DNA from: Camelus dromedarius
Taxonomy: Eukaryota
Reading direction: 5' to 3'
Assembly (NCBI RefSeq): GCF_036321535.1
Contig: NC_087436.1
Coordinates: forward strand, 43,898,001-43,962,000
DNA length: 64,000 nt
Position 1 is the first letter of the stretch, and the number at the start of each line of letters is the position of its first letter. Under the pieces are notes generated by a model. It did not search any database. It saw nothing but the letters and a program-made list of their open reading frames with translations, and was not told where the DNA came from. Positions 51,121-63,439 of the stretch are shown in pieces. Made by a program: the position numbers and the translations under genes.

Positions 51121-51514
51121 TTATATTTAGCTAAGTTTCACTCATTAATTTTTGGTCATCCCCATTTACAAAAGAGGCAAATGAGACAAGGAAATTAAGT
51201 AACTTGCTTGCTGTTAAAGCTTTTTGTTTTACCCATTAGAATTCATACCTCAAACTGTAATTTCTGTCTGCCTGTCCTCCCCTGATTGAATGCTAAAAGA
51301 TGTCTAACTGAATCTCATTTTACTCACCCCATTTGTGTATCTGCTTTCCATTATCCAGGGTTCTTCCTTATCTATACTCACTGTGTGCTGGTTACACAGA
51401 ACTATATGTGTGTTAAAATTATAAAATAAATACCAAACTAAAGGTCAACTTTACTGCATATTGTTAAAAATAAAATAAATAAAATAAAGCTGATTTATGT
51501 TGTTTTCCAAAAGA

Positions 51515-51595
51515 AAAAGGAAGGAAGGGAATGGAGGGAGGCAGGCAGGAAGGAAGGAGAGAGGAAGGAAGGAAAGGAAGAAAAGGAAAAAAAAA
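51515..51595 (+). repeat. Degenerate (GGAA)n purine-rich tract
   Basis: aaggaaggaaggg...ggaaggaaggagagaggaaggaaggaaaggaag. Confidence 0.8.
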
Positions 51596-51859
51596 TTATG
51601 ACATTTTAATGTCTTACTTTTTGAATCTGTGGTATCTAGATATTAGAAGGAGATTCTGACCAAGCTACACCTAGGGGAGCAGGCTCACACACACAAAAAG
51701 AAATAAAAAATAATTGTATGTTTTTTCTACTACAAATTAGCAGAAACTAGGGGAATGTTCTAAAGTTCTAGATTAAGGAGGAAGAAAGGAACAAACTCCC
51801 TTGGAGATTCCAAATTTATTATGCTAGTTCCAATAGGTGGGATTGGTTATCACAATTTG

Positions 51860-54060
51860 GTCAGAAAGTAGCAAATACATGAGATGCCTTGGTAAGACAC
51901 ATGCGTAACTGAAGATAAGAGATAAATTCCATGAGAATTCAGAGATCTATTAATTCACTGATCTGGCAGTCTAGAGATATGGAATACACTGAGGTATTCC
52001 CTCCAAACTGAAAGACAATCTGCTGCACCTCGTATCCAGTTCCACAAAGAAAGAGGCACACACACTTGGTGGGATTTTAGATTAGAGAGGTGAAATAATA
52101 TTACATTGATTTTGCTCCTTCCTACCTTTTGAATAAACCAGAAGAATTCTATATATAAGAAAGGTCTAAAGCAAAAGAATTCTTTGGCCAGTTCAGTTTA
52201 AAGAACAACATACTCTTTCCAACTAGAAATGGTTAAGTTTTGATTAGAAATGGATAAGTTTGGTTCAAAAGCAATTCATGGTGGTCTTTGATGTGTGGGA
52301 CTGGAAAGGGTTTAATTTGAATTACAACAGTGTTTATATGCTTGTGAGAAGTTATATGCTTGTGAGAAGTTATATGTACTGTGAGTGTTTATATGTTGCA
52401 AATGAGATTTACAAGTGATAAAATTGTTATATCTTCTTTTTTTTTTTTTTTAAAAAAAGAATGTTCTTCAGCCAGTTCAGTTTAAAGAATAATCCACTCT
52501 TGCCACTTAGCTCTTGTGATCCAGGAAATCTAATGTGTACAATGCTCTGTGGCAAGTCATTGAGCCTATGGAATTCCCAAGTAAGAGAATAACAGTACAA
52601 CCCTAGAACTGAGAACAAAGCCATACTCTTTGACAAATAACATTTTCCTTGAGAAACATCTCCAGGTTTTTGCTGTTGGGTCATGACAGAGACTGAATAT
52701 ATGACATGGGAAATGAACTGATAGTGAGACCTGAGCTGTCCTTCCAAACTGGATGCTATCTGATGAACTGGTTGTTAAATTTTGGATGGGCAGAGCAGCT
52801 CTCCATCATCAAGTTAAAGTGAGACATACAAGATCACACACAGTTGAGTTTTAGAGGCACAAGAAAGTTTCATGAGCAAATAGTTCCAACTCTCATGGCA
52901 CCCAATCTTGCTCCAATGCCACTTCTTCCAGGACCCACACAGGGAATTTCCCTATGGGCAGGGAAGAAACAGTATGAGACTGATTTACTAATGATTGTGC
53001 ACAATATACTGGCACCTGCCATAAATAAACTGATGTAGCAGTAGAGTTCTCCTCACTGTTGGCCATAAAGGACATGCAGGAAGATAAATTTTCACAATAA
53101 GCAGAACTTTGAGAAGCACATCTAATTGTATACTTTGCCTAGAAAGAAAGATAACCACAGTGAAGATTTATAAAATATACAAGAGCCTAAAGGTTTGTTT
53201 TGATGGTGAGCAAGCTGGAAAGAACAAGATTAGATGACAGGGAGATTTTGGGGTAGAGGTATGTGTATGGACCTCTCAAAATAGTTTCACAGTGTGAGAA
53301 TATTGTGCCCCATGGGAATGCTTAGCAAAGGGCTCTCACTACAGAGGAGACTCAATAATCAGATGGGCAGGAAGATCAGTACTGCAAATGTCAGCTGTCC
53401 TCTTTCCCCTTCTTCCCCTGTTTCTCAGTAGGTTCCAAAACAAAGTGGTTATGGTGACAGAGATGGAGGTTACCCATGGGCTCACCCACAAGACCTTTTC
53501 TTACCAAGACAGATCTGGTTACCACCACAACTGAATGCTTAGAATGCCAGCAGCAGAAACCCACACAGCTCCAAGTGTGGAGGATGGGAGTGGCGTGGCC
53601 AGCCTCCTGTTGACTGAGTATATTGAAACCCTTTCATTGTGGACTTGGAAGCAATTTTTCTCATCAGAATGAATATACGTTCTGCATTAGATTTTACTTC
53701 CCTGCTATGCTTCTATTAGCAATACCTTCTGAGGACTTACTGAAAGCTTAAGTCACCCACAGTATTTCATACAACATTGCTTCTGGCCAAGGATGCTGTA
53801 GGATTCCCAAAGGATCCATTGGCTTTACCAAAACCCAGGAGCAGCTGGCCTTGCAGAGTGGTTCAGTAGTCTGTTGAAGACTCAGAGCCAGCTGGAGGAC
53901 ATCTTATGAAGTGAGAGTACTGGTCTAGACAAAATGTATATGCTCCAAATCAATTACCAATTTACGATGTGTTTCACCCAAGGACAGATCACATGAGTCT
54001 AGGAATCACAGAGAAGGAGGAGTGGAACTTCTCACACTACCCTCACCCTCCTTACTGGGA
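51860..54060 (+). mobile_element. ERVL-class internal region: degraded pol (RT end, RNase H, integrase)
   Basis: Broken frames resemble ERVL pol: ALVRHM...EINxxxIQ (51880-51950), IPSKLKDNLLHL..TKKEA (51995-52060), AEL..HL.V.FA.KE (53100-53150) and QSGxGxRDGGYxWA...ECxxCQQQ zinc-finger region (53440-53560). Confidence 0.85.
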
Positions 54061-55421
54061 GCGAATTAAGGCATTAAGAAAGTTCTAAATCTAGCCACAT
54101 AAACAGTTACAAAATTGGAGACTGTGGTCAATATTTATATTTTCTTGCTTGCGTGGTAGGGTATATGTTCATACATTAACTTCCTTCTTTTTTCCCCTTC
54201 TCCCTGTCAGTTACTATTTTATATATGGTGTATCAGTGTGGTTACCTTTACAGTTTAGTCTACAAATAACATGTACGTAGCTTTTACAAAACTTATCAAA
54301 TGTCCTCTTCTTTCTCTTATCTAAGTGTCTAGGCAATAAATTCTGTCTAGAATTAAGTTCTAAAAATGAGTCCACATTTCCCGATGAATTTGCATGCTTC
54401 ATTTGCACAATGAAAACCGTACAGTCTAGCATGTTCCTCTCCTGAATTGGTTGTCTAGAAGCTCAGAGAATCCTATAAGCTCCACTCCAATGACTCACTC
54501 ACAAGGTTTCCAGACCTTGCTTTCTTCCTTTCTTCTAAATCAGTGCTTTTCAGTTTAACTTTTCTGCATTGTTTTATGTCCTTATTTTATTATTTTGGTT
54601 TACGTCCATTTTAGTTGCGCATGTTATTTCAGTTCCTTTTTATAAATATACCCCACTTACAGCAAATCAGTTCATGGCTTCCCTTAGCAGCAGCTCAGCC
54701 ACACAATGACCTGTTCATCCAACCAGCATTTATTTAGTGCTCACCACGCAGATGTGACAGTCCTTCTCCCCATTACCGTGCACACTCCTTATGTCCTCAA
54801 CCATCCCTATTATTTCATGGAGATGCCCACTGTCAACTCCATGGGCAACACTTGGGTAACGTGTGGCTCCTCTTACTTGGACTGGTTTTCAGAGTCTGTT
54901 TCCGATTGTTCCTCACTCCCACCCTCTAGGGGGGTCTGTCTGTCACCAGTGGGTGCATTTAGATCCAAATCCACTCATAGATAAGATGTTACAATTTCTG
55001 AATTTTCTGATAACTTCTCTATTTAACCATAGCTTAGATTAACTGCAAACTTTTAGAAGCTTTTAGAAGCTACCTGAAAACCAGAACTGCCTCATCCTAA
55101 GAGCTAGGGCCTTTCTCCCTTTTGTAATGAACAAAGATGTGAAATACATGGAATTGGGCAAGGGTGATGCTGCAAGCTGGACACAAACACTGCAACCTCT
55201 GGGAGACGTGTTCTCCACTGGAAATAGTGAACTAGCACTTAGTGTATAGTAAAAATAAATGGATAGGGCTGCACCCAATACACTATTCTCTTCTCTTTTT
55301 CTATTCTTTAGGAATAATATTTGTCTAACAGGTAAATTCCTCTTGGTGGGTGACCTGTCTTCCTCTTTTTTTCCCTAAATTGATTTTCCTCTTTTTGCCT
55401 GCTTGTTCTTCCTAAGCACAT

Positions 55422-55620
55422 ATATTTATTCTTTAATTTATTCAACGTTTTCATAAGTACCTACTATGTGCCAGACAAACTGTTTAAGGATAAAGTTATG
55501 AATATGGTACTATTTCTGGACCCCAGAAGTACATAGCTGTGGGGAAGCCAATGTGCAGACAATAATTACAGCCTCATGATAAATGACAGGGCAGGGGCAC
55601 TACAGAAGTCCAGAGATGTC
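55422..55620 (-). mobile_element. L2 3' end
   Basis: tttattctttaatttattcaac...agtacctactatgtgccagaca. Confidence 0.7.
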
Positions 55621-56804
55621 CCTGCATCTGACCCACAAGCTGAGAGGGGCTTTGGGGAGAGTGACCCTGCTTTATAACACAGCAAAAGGTCTCAATCTAT
55701 CATGTCGGGTGAGTTGCTGAGCTTTTTCACAACTGAAAGAACCAACAAAACATCTCAGGTCATTGCAGGAGCAGGCAGTTCTGGAAAACCACACTAATTC
55801 TCACACAAACTCATACATTATATGCAGTTGTGACCTAGGATAGTAAAACCAGGACCACAAAGTAGACTTTTAATGAAAAAAACCCATGTTTCTCGAGTAG
55901 GTCGGGCACACAGATTATACAAAGTACTGCAGCGCTTCCTCAGGAGTCCTGAATGCCCAGTGTGCCCCTCGGGAAACCTCCTTTAGCCAGAGAAATGATG
56001 TCAGTAAAGGATGGTAATTGGTCCCTAAAGGATTGCCTCGGGGAGGCTACAGAACAAATACTCAACAGCGGCAGTAAGCAAGCAGGGGAGGGTATAGCTA
56101 TTTATCTAGATCAAAAGATATGGACACTTTGGACATGTACAATAGGTTAAGATAACTGAATAGTGTTACATATGGGTATTCTGAGAAGGGAACGTTTCTG
56201 TACCCCTGAAGAGACTTACAAGAAACCTATTTATGATCCCTACTTGACCATCCTTTTTCTTTATCAGTGACTCCAAAACAGCATGAATACTCAACCAAAA
56301 CATTTCTACCAGAAGCAAATGCAGTCTTGTCTCTCAGCATCACATATGACTGCGGGTGGACTCACACTCTGACAGTCCCCCTGGAAGAAGGAACCCAGTG
56401 TGTCGGCAAAGAATGCTTTTGGCTTGGAGTCCTGGGCAGCCTTTATTAGTGTATCCATTTCACTTAGTCCTCCCTTCACAAAACAAAAACCACTGCTTTC
56501 TTCTCTAAATCGTCATCGCTTAGTAGTCACCCTATCCAAGTTCGCCATCTACAGGTCATACAGTTTATAACTGCTTTTAGGGCCTTGAGAAGCTTGCACG
56601 TGAGGATTCACAGGTGCCTGTTTTGAGGGCAGTTTGCACTGCTGATTGATACCACAACTGACGGCTGTTTACGCATAACTAGAGCTTAGCAGATATTTCC
56701 TGGACTCTTACATTTCTCTATCACGTAGGGATATACGTTAAAAAGGTGACAGTGAAGAAGAGCTATGAAATACATGTTTTAGTATCATGTTTTTCAACTT
56801 AAAA

Positions 56805-56826
56805 ACACACACACACACACACACAC
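56805..56826. repeat. (AC)n microsatellite, about 11 units
   Basis: acacacacacacacacacacac. Confidence 0.95.
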
Positions 56827-56899
56827 TCTCTCCCTTCCGGTTAACACAAAAAAGAACACACTTGTCATTAATGCTTGTATTACAAAGCACTAACAACCC

Positions 56900-57135
56900 T
56901 AACCATCCCTACCATTTACTGAGCGCCTAGCTTGGTACCACTGGCCTGGGAACTTACAGACATTACCTAATTGAATACAGAACATCTACAAAGTATTTTT
57001 ATTCTCATTTTGTACATAAGAAATCTGAGTCTGTAAGAGGTTAAGCAGCTTAGCCAAGGACATAGAGCTAGTCAGTGGGTTGGAGAGTTGTTTTTGGAGA
57101 TCTGTCTCACTTCAAACCTATGCTCCTGAAAAGCC
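56900..57135 (-). mobile_element. MIR SINE
   Basis: ccatttactgagcgccta...tattctcattttgtac...gaggttaagcagcttagccaaggacatagagctag. Confidence 0.85.
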
Positions 57136-57819
57136 CACCATACTGACTCCAAGTATTTCATCTTTCTATTTTTCCAGCTTTACAATAAGTGCCTATGGAT
57201 TTTCAACTACTCCCCCACCTTTGAGGTTTAGATGTGTCCTTACAGACAGGGGTTATCTCCCTACTGCTTTAGTGAACAGGAAAGAATAACCTTTTCCCTT
57301 GACGTGCTGTACCATAGAGAAGAGTACAACCAGAAACTGCAGTCTCATGCATCACCAAGTTAGTCCAGCAGTATTCCAGGAGTCCGGGGTGAATCTGGGA
57401 CCCACTCTGCTTCTTCCCGGAGCTTAGGTTGGTAAGTGTGTCCTGATCATACCTCATCTGCCCCTTTGACTTTAAATAAAGCCATGTTCAGTCAGCAATG
57501 CCCAAGGATCCTCAGGTTGGAGCTTCTGTCTTATTTTTCCTCAGAGGTTTCCTCTTAGAAGATCAACAAACTTTACTTTTGGAGATATTTTCTTTATTTT
57601 CAGTTGAATTTGAGTTTCTATTTTTTTTTTGTTTGTTTTGTCCCCAAAAGATGAGGCTAACTTAGGTAAAGTGGAGGCATGCCCACTTTTGGAATTCAGT
57701 GATTTCTGGACAAGTCACCTAGATTTCTGGTTTGCATGAGGAGCTCCCTGGGGACAAGATCACTTTAAAGACTGATGGCTGGGAACCCTACATTAGGAGA
57801 TTCTCAGGTCTAATCTAGC

Positions 57820-58440
57820 CATGAGGAACAGAACACCCCCAAACCAGCTTTAGCATAAAGGGGAAATTACTGGACGGACACAGGGTTATCTCCTGGACAT
57901 AAAAACAGAAAATGCAGATAGTCTTCATGAAGGATTAGAATCAGGAAATGGAAAGTTGCTGGAAGGGGAGGGGGAATATAGCTCAGTGGTCGAGCGCGTG
58001 CTCGGTGTGCACAAGGTCCTGGGTTCATCTCCCAGTGTCTCTGTTGAGGGGAGGAAAAAAAAGCTATTGGAGGCAAAAATAAATCCTCTCTCTTTCTCTC
58101 TCTCTCTCTCACACTCCACCAAGACTTACTGAAAGCCTGCTTACTATGTGTCAGGCACCATGCTAGGTAGCAAGAGCACAGAGGTGAACAGAATAGACAC
58201 GCTCTGCTTTATTACTCTCTGTAGACCATCCTTATTGAACCAGTCACCCTGGCCTAATGTGCCCTCCTGATTCAAGCCCTCAACAGAAGCTGACTCAGTA
58301 TCAGCACCCTCAGTTCAAAGACAAAACCTTAGCACAACACATGGCTTGTTACCGCTAGCATCAGCTGCCCACCCTGGTCCAATCAGGTATAGCAACAATG
58401 ACTCTGGTGGGGAGTGGGGGTGGTTGCAGGGGACAGTCTC
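57820..58440 (-). mobile_element. Old MaLR LTR fragments (MLT1K/L-like), interrupted by a SINE and an L2 tail
   Basis: aacagaacacccccaaaccagctttagcataaaggggaaattactgg; tgcccaccctggtccaatcag. Confidence 0.5.
57965..58062 (+). mobile_element. tRNA-Ala-derived SINE (Vic-1 type)
   Basis: ggggagggggaatatagctcagtggtcgagcgcgtgctcggtgtgcacaaggtcctgggttcatctcccagt with a short A tail. Confidence 0.85.
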
Positions 58441-59826
58441 ACAGTCAGGGAAGAATAGAGCAAACTGTGTGAAAATGGGATGCTGGTAAGAAGGATACGA
58501 CTGGTGAGGGAAAGGATGATCATCCCAACTGCAAAGATTTTTCAGAGATACAAGGATGATGGTTTCCATAAACTTGAGGAAAGAAAAGGAAAGAGCCTTA
58601 GGAAGGCTGAGAACTCCACCGTGAGGCTGGGAAGGGTTCCCAGACATACAGCCTAGGTGAGGACACCAGTTTGAATCTGAGTGGAAGTCTCTGAGTGAAG
58701 AACGGGTTACTCAAAAGCCCTCTAACCCGGCCTCAGGGGAACCTGGGTGAATTTCCTTGGGAGGAGAGAGGAGAGGGCAGGGGAATTACAGATCTTAAAA
58801 AAAAAAAAAAAAAAAAGGCCTTCCTTGAAAAGTCTAAAAAGCTTGCAGCTGTTTAGAAGTTCAAATTATCCAAGGTTGTCTGAAACATTTGTGAGCCCAG
58901 GACACAGTCAATCCGCAGTTTTGAGAGCAGCAGGTGGAGGACAGTGACACTGCAGCAGTAGCATGTGAAGACTGGAAAGCATCCCGAAAAAATGGGGAGT
59001 GGAGAGGCTAAAAGTTGAGATACGGAACAGCAAAATTTTGTGTGACTATGGCCCAAGTTATTTAGTCACTAGGGCTAACGTGGTCTTGGGGAAACAGGAG
59101 TTATAATCATCAACATAAAAACAATCCCCTCACAAGTCTGGACTGCCACCTTGTATGTCTCAGGGACCTAACTTCTATGCACGGACAAGATATTTCAGGT
59201 TAACTCTTTTCCTTCAAGAGAATCTTGGGAGGGTCAGATATTTCATTTGTTCATCTGCAAATTTCTAAGGAAGAATTTAATTCTGATCAAATTTACGAGT
59301 ATATTCTATTTTGATTTGCAGTTTCATTTACTATTTTGAGAGAGTAAAAGTCATCTCTGGTAAACGTTCCCAAATGGGTATGGTTTTAAAGTTCTTCAAA
59401 ACTTTCAATGAAATTCAGCTTATAGCAAAAGGCTGTGGTTGTGAAGAACCATAGTTTCTGTAATACTGACTTTGCAAGCTACAGACACAGCCTTAGGTTG
59501 TCTGCACTTAATCGTGGTTATTTTGGATATGAGTCCTAGACTCACTTCCTATGAGGTAAGGTGTTCAGAAATTTTATTTGTGATAAATCCAGGGAGTCTA
59601 CAAAGTCTTATTTTCATTAGCCCTCTGAGTTTTTCCTCCTAGTCAGTTCTGAAATCTGAAGTTTTTCTCAGGGGATTTTTACCCTAAATAGGGGACTCAA
59701 TTTGCCTTTTTTTCATTCCTTGGTGGTTCCCCTTCTTCTCATTAATTAATTAATTTGGTTCAACAAATATTTATTGAGCCCCTTTGATGTGCAAGGACAA
59801 CCACAATCCTTATTCTCACAGAACAC

Positions 59827-60270
59827 TGTGGGGAGAGGCAATTCACCATGGGCTGTGGGCATGTCCGCAAGTTCTTGCTGGGTATGTTAAGAATGCCAGA
59901 CCAATCTCTCCTTGTCTGGGCTATTTATCAGGATTGTATTTGCAGCAATCTTGGCGGATGAGGTAATGTCTCCCTCTGGGCCAAAGAACAGGTCTGCTAT
60001 AAAAGCAGTGGATTCCCCCGGCTCAGTGTTCCTTGGCTGTGACACAAGCCCACTTACAACCACCCTGTCGGCTCAGTATCACTCCTTTGGGACTAGGAGG
60101 ACTGAGGAACTGATGTTAACATGATGCTCATGCTGCTTGCCGGGCTCTGAGCACTAAAGTCCTTTGTCTTTGATCTAAGAGTCTCATGTCTTCTGCCAGC
60201 ATCCACTGAATAGTAGCAGGCTAACTTATTAACTCTAAGGAGAATAAAATAAAATCCCAGACCCTGAAAC
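59827..60270 (+). mobile_element. ERVL-class solo LTR (subfamily uncertain)
   Basis: TG start; gatgaggtaatgtctccctc; TATAAAA; gctcatgctgcttgc...taaagtcctttgtc...gagtctcatgtcttctgccagcatcca...gcaggctaactt. Confidence 0.75.
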
Positions 60271-60539
60271 TTAATCTTAATTTCCAAGAATTTCATCACC
60301 CCTAAATAAGTCTCTTGCAGAGTGAAATTCCCTAAAAATCTGTCTTAGCTGAAATAAGACAAAGGCAAAATATGTCAACTTTATTTGCTATGAATTTGTT
60401 TCTATACTTTCTACATTCTCCCAAATTTTTAGCCTGTATATTACAAATTCCATGCTCTTCACAAATAACAATTTTTTAAAAAATTAAGATTTGTGGCACT
60501 TTTCTTCCAATAATGAAAACAAACTTCAATTTCCAGGGT

Positions 60540-61950
60540 GTCTGCTATCTGCCAGGGTCTGCGAGGGATATAAGGATGAAAAGACACAGGCCTAGCAGTT
60601 TTAGGGCTCAGGGTTTAGTGGAGACAACAAATACAAATGTGTATCTCAAATATAAGACTGAGCATGGTCAGATGTAGTTGAATTCCAAGCAAAGAATGAG
60701 TGAAGAATGGGAAAGAGGAGATTTAGTTAAGTTACTGTTTACTCAGAAGGCCAAATATGAGCGAAACATTGCAGGGTGGGGCATCAACAAGTGGAAGAAG
60801 TGGGAGAGGCAGGGTCTGGGGAACAAGCAAAATGGTGTGAAGAGTTTCATTTCAGACAGGTGGCTTGGGATGGGGACACAGCAAGAGCAAAGGTGCAGAA
60901 GGGTCTTGCAGACCATAGCTGGAATCAGCAGATAGTCCAGGGTGCCTGGACACCATGGAGAGATGAGGTTTGTCTGAAGTATGCATGAAATCTTGCAATT
61001 CCCTAAGAGAGGTAGGGAAGTGAAAGGGCTAGGTATAGACTACTATTTCGAGAAGCACTACTATTAAAGGGAGGAGAAAGACTGCATTCTCAAAGGAAAT
61101 CAACATTTCATAAGAATCGTTAGATGTTGACATGTGTAGGCTAAGCAGATGTCAGAAGGCAAAAGGTTTTAAAAAGAGAGAGGAATGAAAGGGACTATGA
61201 ACAATAAGAAAAATCACAAAATGGGTAAAAAGGTGTTGGTTTAAGAAAACAGGAGTAGGCTTGGATACAAGGCAGAACATTTATTTTCTGAAGCAGAATG
61301 GAGAGAGGAACAAATAGCTAATGATTTAGAGAAAATCTGAGAGTTCACCATGGATAACCCAAAAACCTAGGTCAAATAATTGGATATCTGGCAGGAGTGA
61401 GTCTAACTTGAAAAGAGGTAAAACCTGGATAGAAACAGGTGTTCTGGAGAAGTGGAAAGACAATCAACTAGAGATGAATAAAAGAATCAATGAGCATCGT
61501 TGAGAGCCCAGCTATGGTCCATCATAATGGATTAGAGTCAGCTGGGGGGCTGTCTCAGCTCTGACCTAGAGAGTTGAGCCAATCCAGGTCTGGGAAGTGT
61601 ATACAACGGAGGTCAAAGAAACAAAACAGAAGTCTAAAGTGCTTAAAGTAAAAATACAGATCATCTTTTTTAGCCAAGGGGTCTAGACTCAGAGGGAAGG
61701 TTAGAGGGGCTAGAAGTGGGTGAGCCCTGGGCAAGCTGGGAATTGGGGATGTGGGAGACGGCAATGAAGATGAATGGAAAAGAGGAGGTAGGGGGTTATA
61801 TTCACACATACACACTTCAGGTTTGGCAAGGGTCTGGGATTTAGAGTGGATCAAGTAAGGACAGATTCTCAGTTGCAGCTCGGGCTAGTCTGATGACCGA
61901 CATGGAGTTAAGTCTAAAGTTGAGGCGGTCAGGGAAGCATGGGGCATTTT
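60540..61950 (-). mobile_element. Highly degraded L2
   Basis: gctatctgccagg...ggatataaaggatgaaaagacacagg; gactactatttcgagaagc. Confidence 0.5.
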
Positions 61951-62214
61951 ACAACCCTTCAAACTGGCAAAGCGTTTTATTGCTGCATATCAGCTCTCTT
62001 CAGCAATGTTATTTTCACAAATCTAAACTTTACCTTATCCATTTTATTTATTGTTAAAAGACATAAATAATATTAAGTGGGTATTAAGAACTTAAGACAA
62101 GTTGTTCTTGAGTCCTTTATAAAATTTCCCTTAATTTCCAGTTTGGGAGCTGAACCCAGACTAATTTATTTAGGGCCCTGTGGTAGACTGTGTTCCATTT
62201 TTTCTCTCAACTAT

Positions 62215-62385
62215 AATTAATGAGTTAATTGTGTGGTTTTGTGTAAAGTCTGTCTTTCCCACTATGATATACACTCCAACAGGGCAGGGAATGTGTCTGT
62301 TCTGTTCTGTGCTATAGCCTGGAATATTCAGCACCTGGAATAATTCCAGAACATAGGAGGTACTCAAAAATATCTGTTGTTGTCA
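62215..62385 (+). mobile_element. L2 3' end
   Basis: gtctgtctttcccacta...agggcagggaatgtgtctgttctgttc...cataggaggtactcaaaaatatctgttg. Confidence 0.8.
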
Positions 62386-62898
62386 AATGTTTATAAAAGA
62401 AGATATCAGCTAAATCTGGGCAACCTCTCTTGGTTGAGTAATCCTATGCATTGCTTACTGCAATGTAATAAGCTAGGAAATACTTCTTTTCATTTCAAGA
62501 ATATCCCTAATGTTCAAAGAAGACAAGGTGCCTTTTACTGTCTCTGTAAACTATTACATTCTCTGCCTACGTTGTTGAAGCGACAAGAAACAACATGCTT
62601 ACTTTTAATTCATCCTATAATCTTTTCCTTTCAAACGGATGTAAAATTAACTCTTGGTGTCAATCCTCACCAATCTTAATAGACGTTTCACAAATTTTTT
62701 ACCTTATTGCTTTACAAGATCACTATCAGATTTTTATGGAAATTCTGCAACAATGTTTATGTCCTAGCCCCTAGCTCAAAAGAGTCAGTTAATTAGAATG
62801 TCAGTCCCGACAAATGTTTTCCTCATTCACGTCAAGGTTTTAACTGCCTTTCTGCAATTTAGGAGCCTGTAAATTTGTTCTTCTTTCTAGAGCCTCTC

Positions 62899-62916
62899 TG
62901 CTGCCCTCTTCTGGTG
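62899..62916 (-). promoter_or_regulatory. Candidate CTCF site
   Basis: Minus strand caccagaagagggcagca matches the core CCASYAGRKGGCRS with one mismatch, in non-repeat sequence. Confidence 0.4.
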
Positions 62917-63439
62917 CCACATAACAGCACGGGCATGTGAGATTACTTTTAACTATATTTTTACTTATTAGTGAAAACAAATGTGGCACTCTACAGAACA
63001 GAAGACTCAGTAATGATATAAGAAAATGGAAAACTTTTTCTAAACACTAAAATAGTGACACATATTTACCTGACTAATAATCTTCTGTTAACTCCATTTC
63101 AGTAAAAATCCATTACTCTTTTTGAATTTCACTATAGAAAACAATCATTAATCTATTGTCTCAAAACCTATGATGTTTTAACATAACAACAATAAAAATT
63201 ACATTTATACTATCTACGGAGAAAGAGTTTGTTAACCAAATTAATAGTGTAAATAGCATTGCAGGGCATGTTTAAACTGCTCGAGAGAAAAATCTATTAA
63301 ACTGTTAGAGTATTTTAGAATGTGAAAGAAATACTGATAATTCAAAAGAGCATTATCTATTTATAGAATGCTCTATAGGTCCTTAAATTGCAAATAATGC
63401 AGTGGTTCTGAACATATATGACCTGAAGCCTTTGTTCAT

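Noticed and set aside
56085..56099. Vic-1 SINE head (ggggagggtatagct)
   Set aside because: Only 15 bp match, with no B box, tail or TSD, so it cannot be separated from chance.
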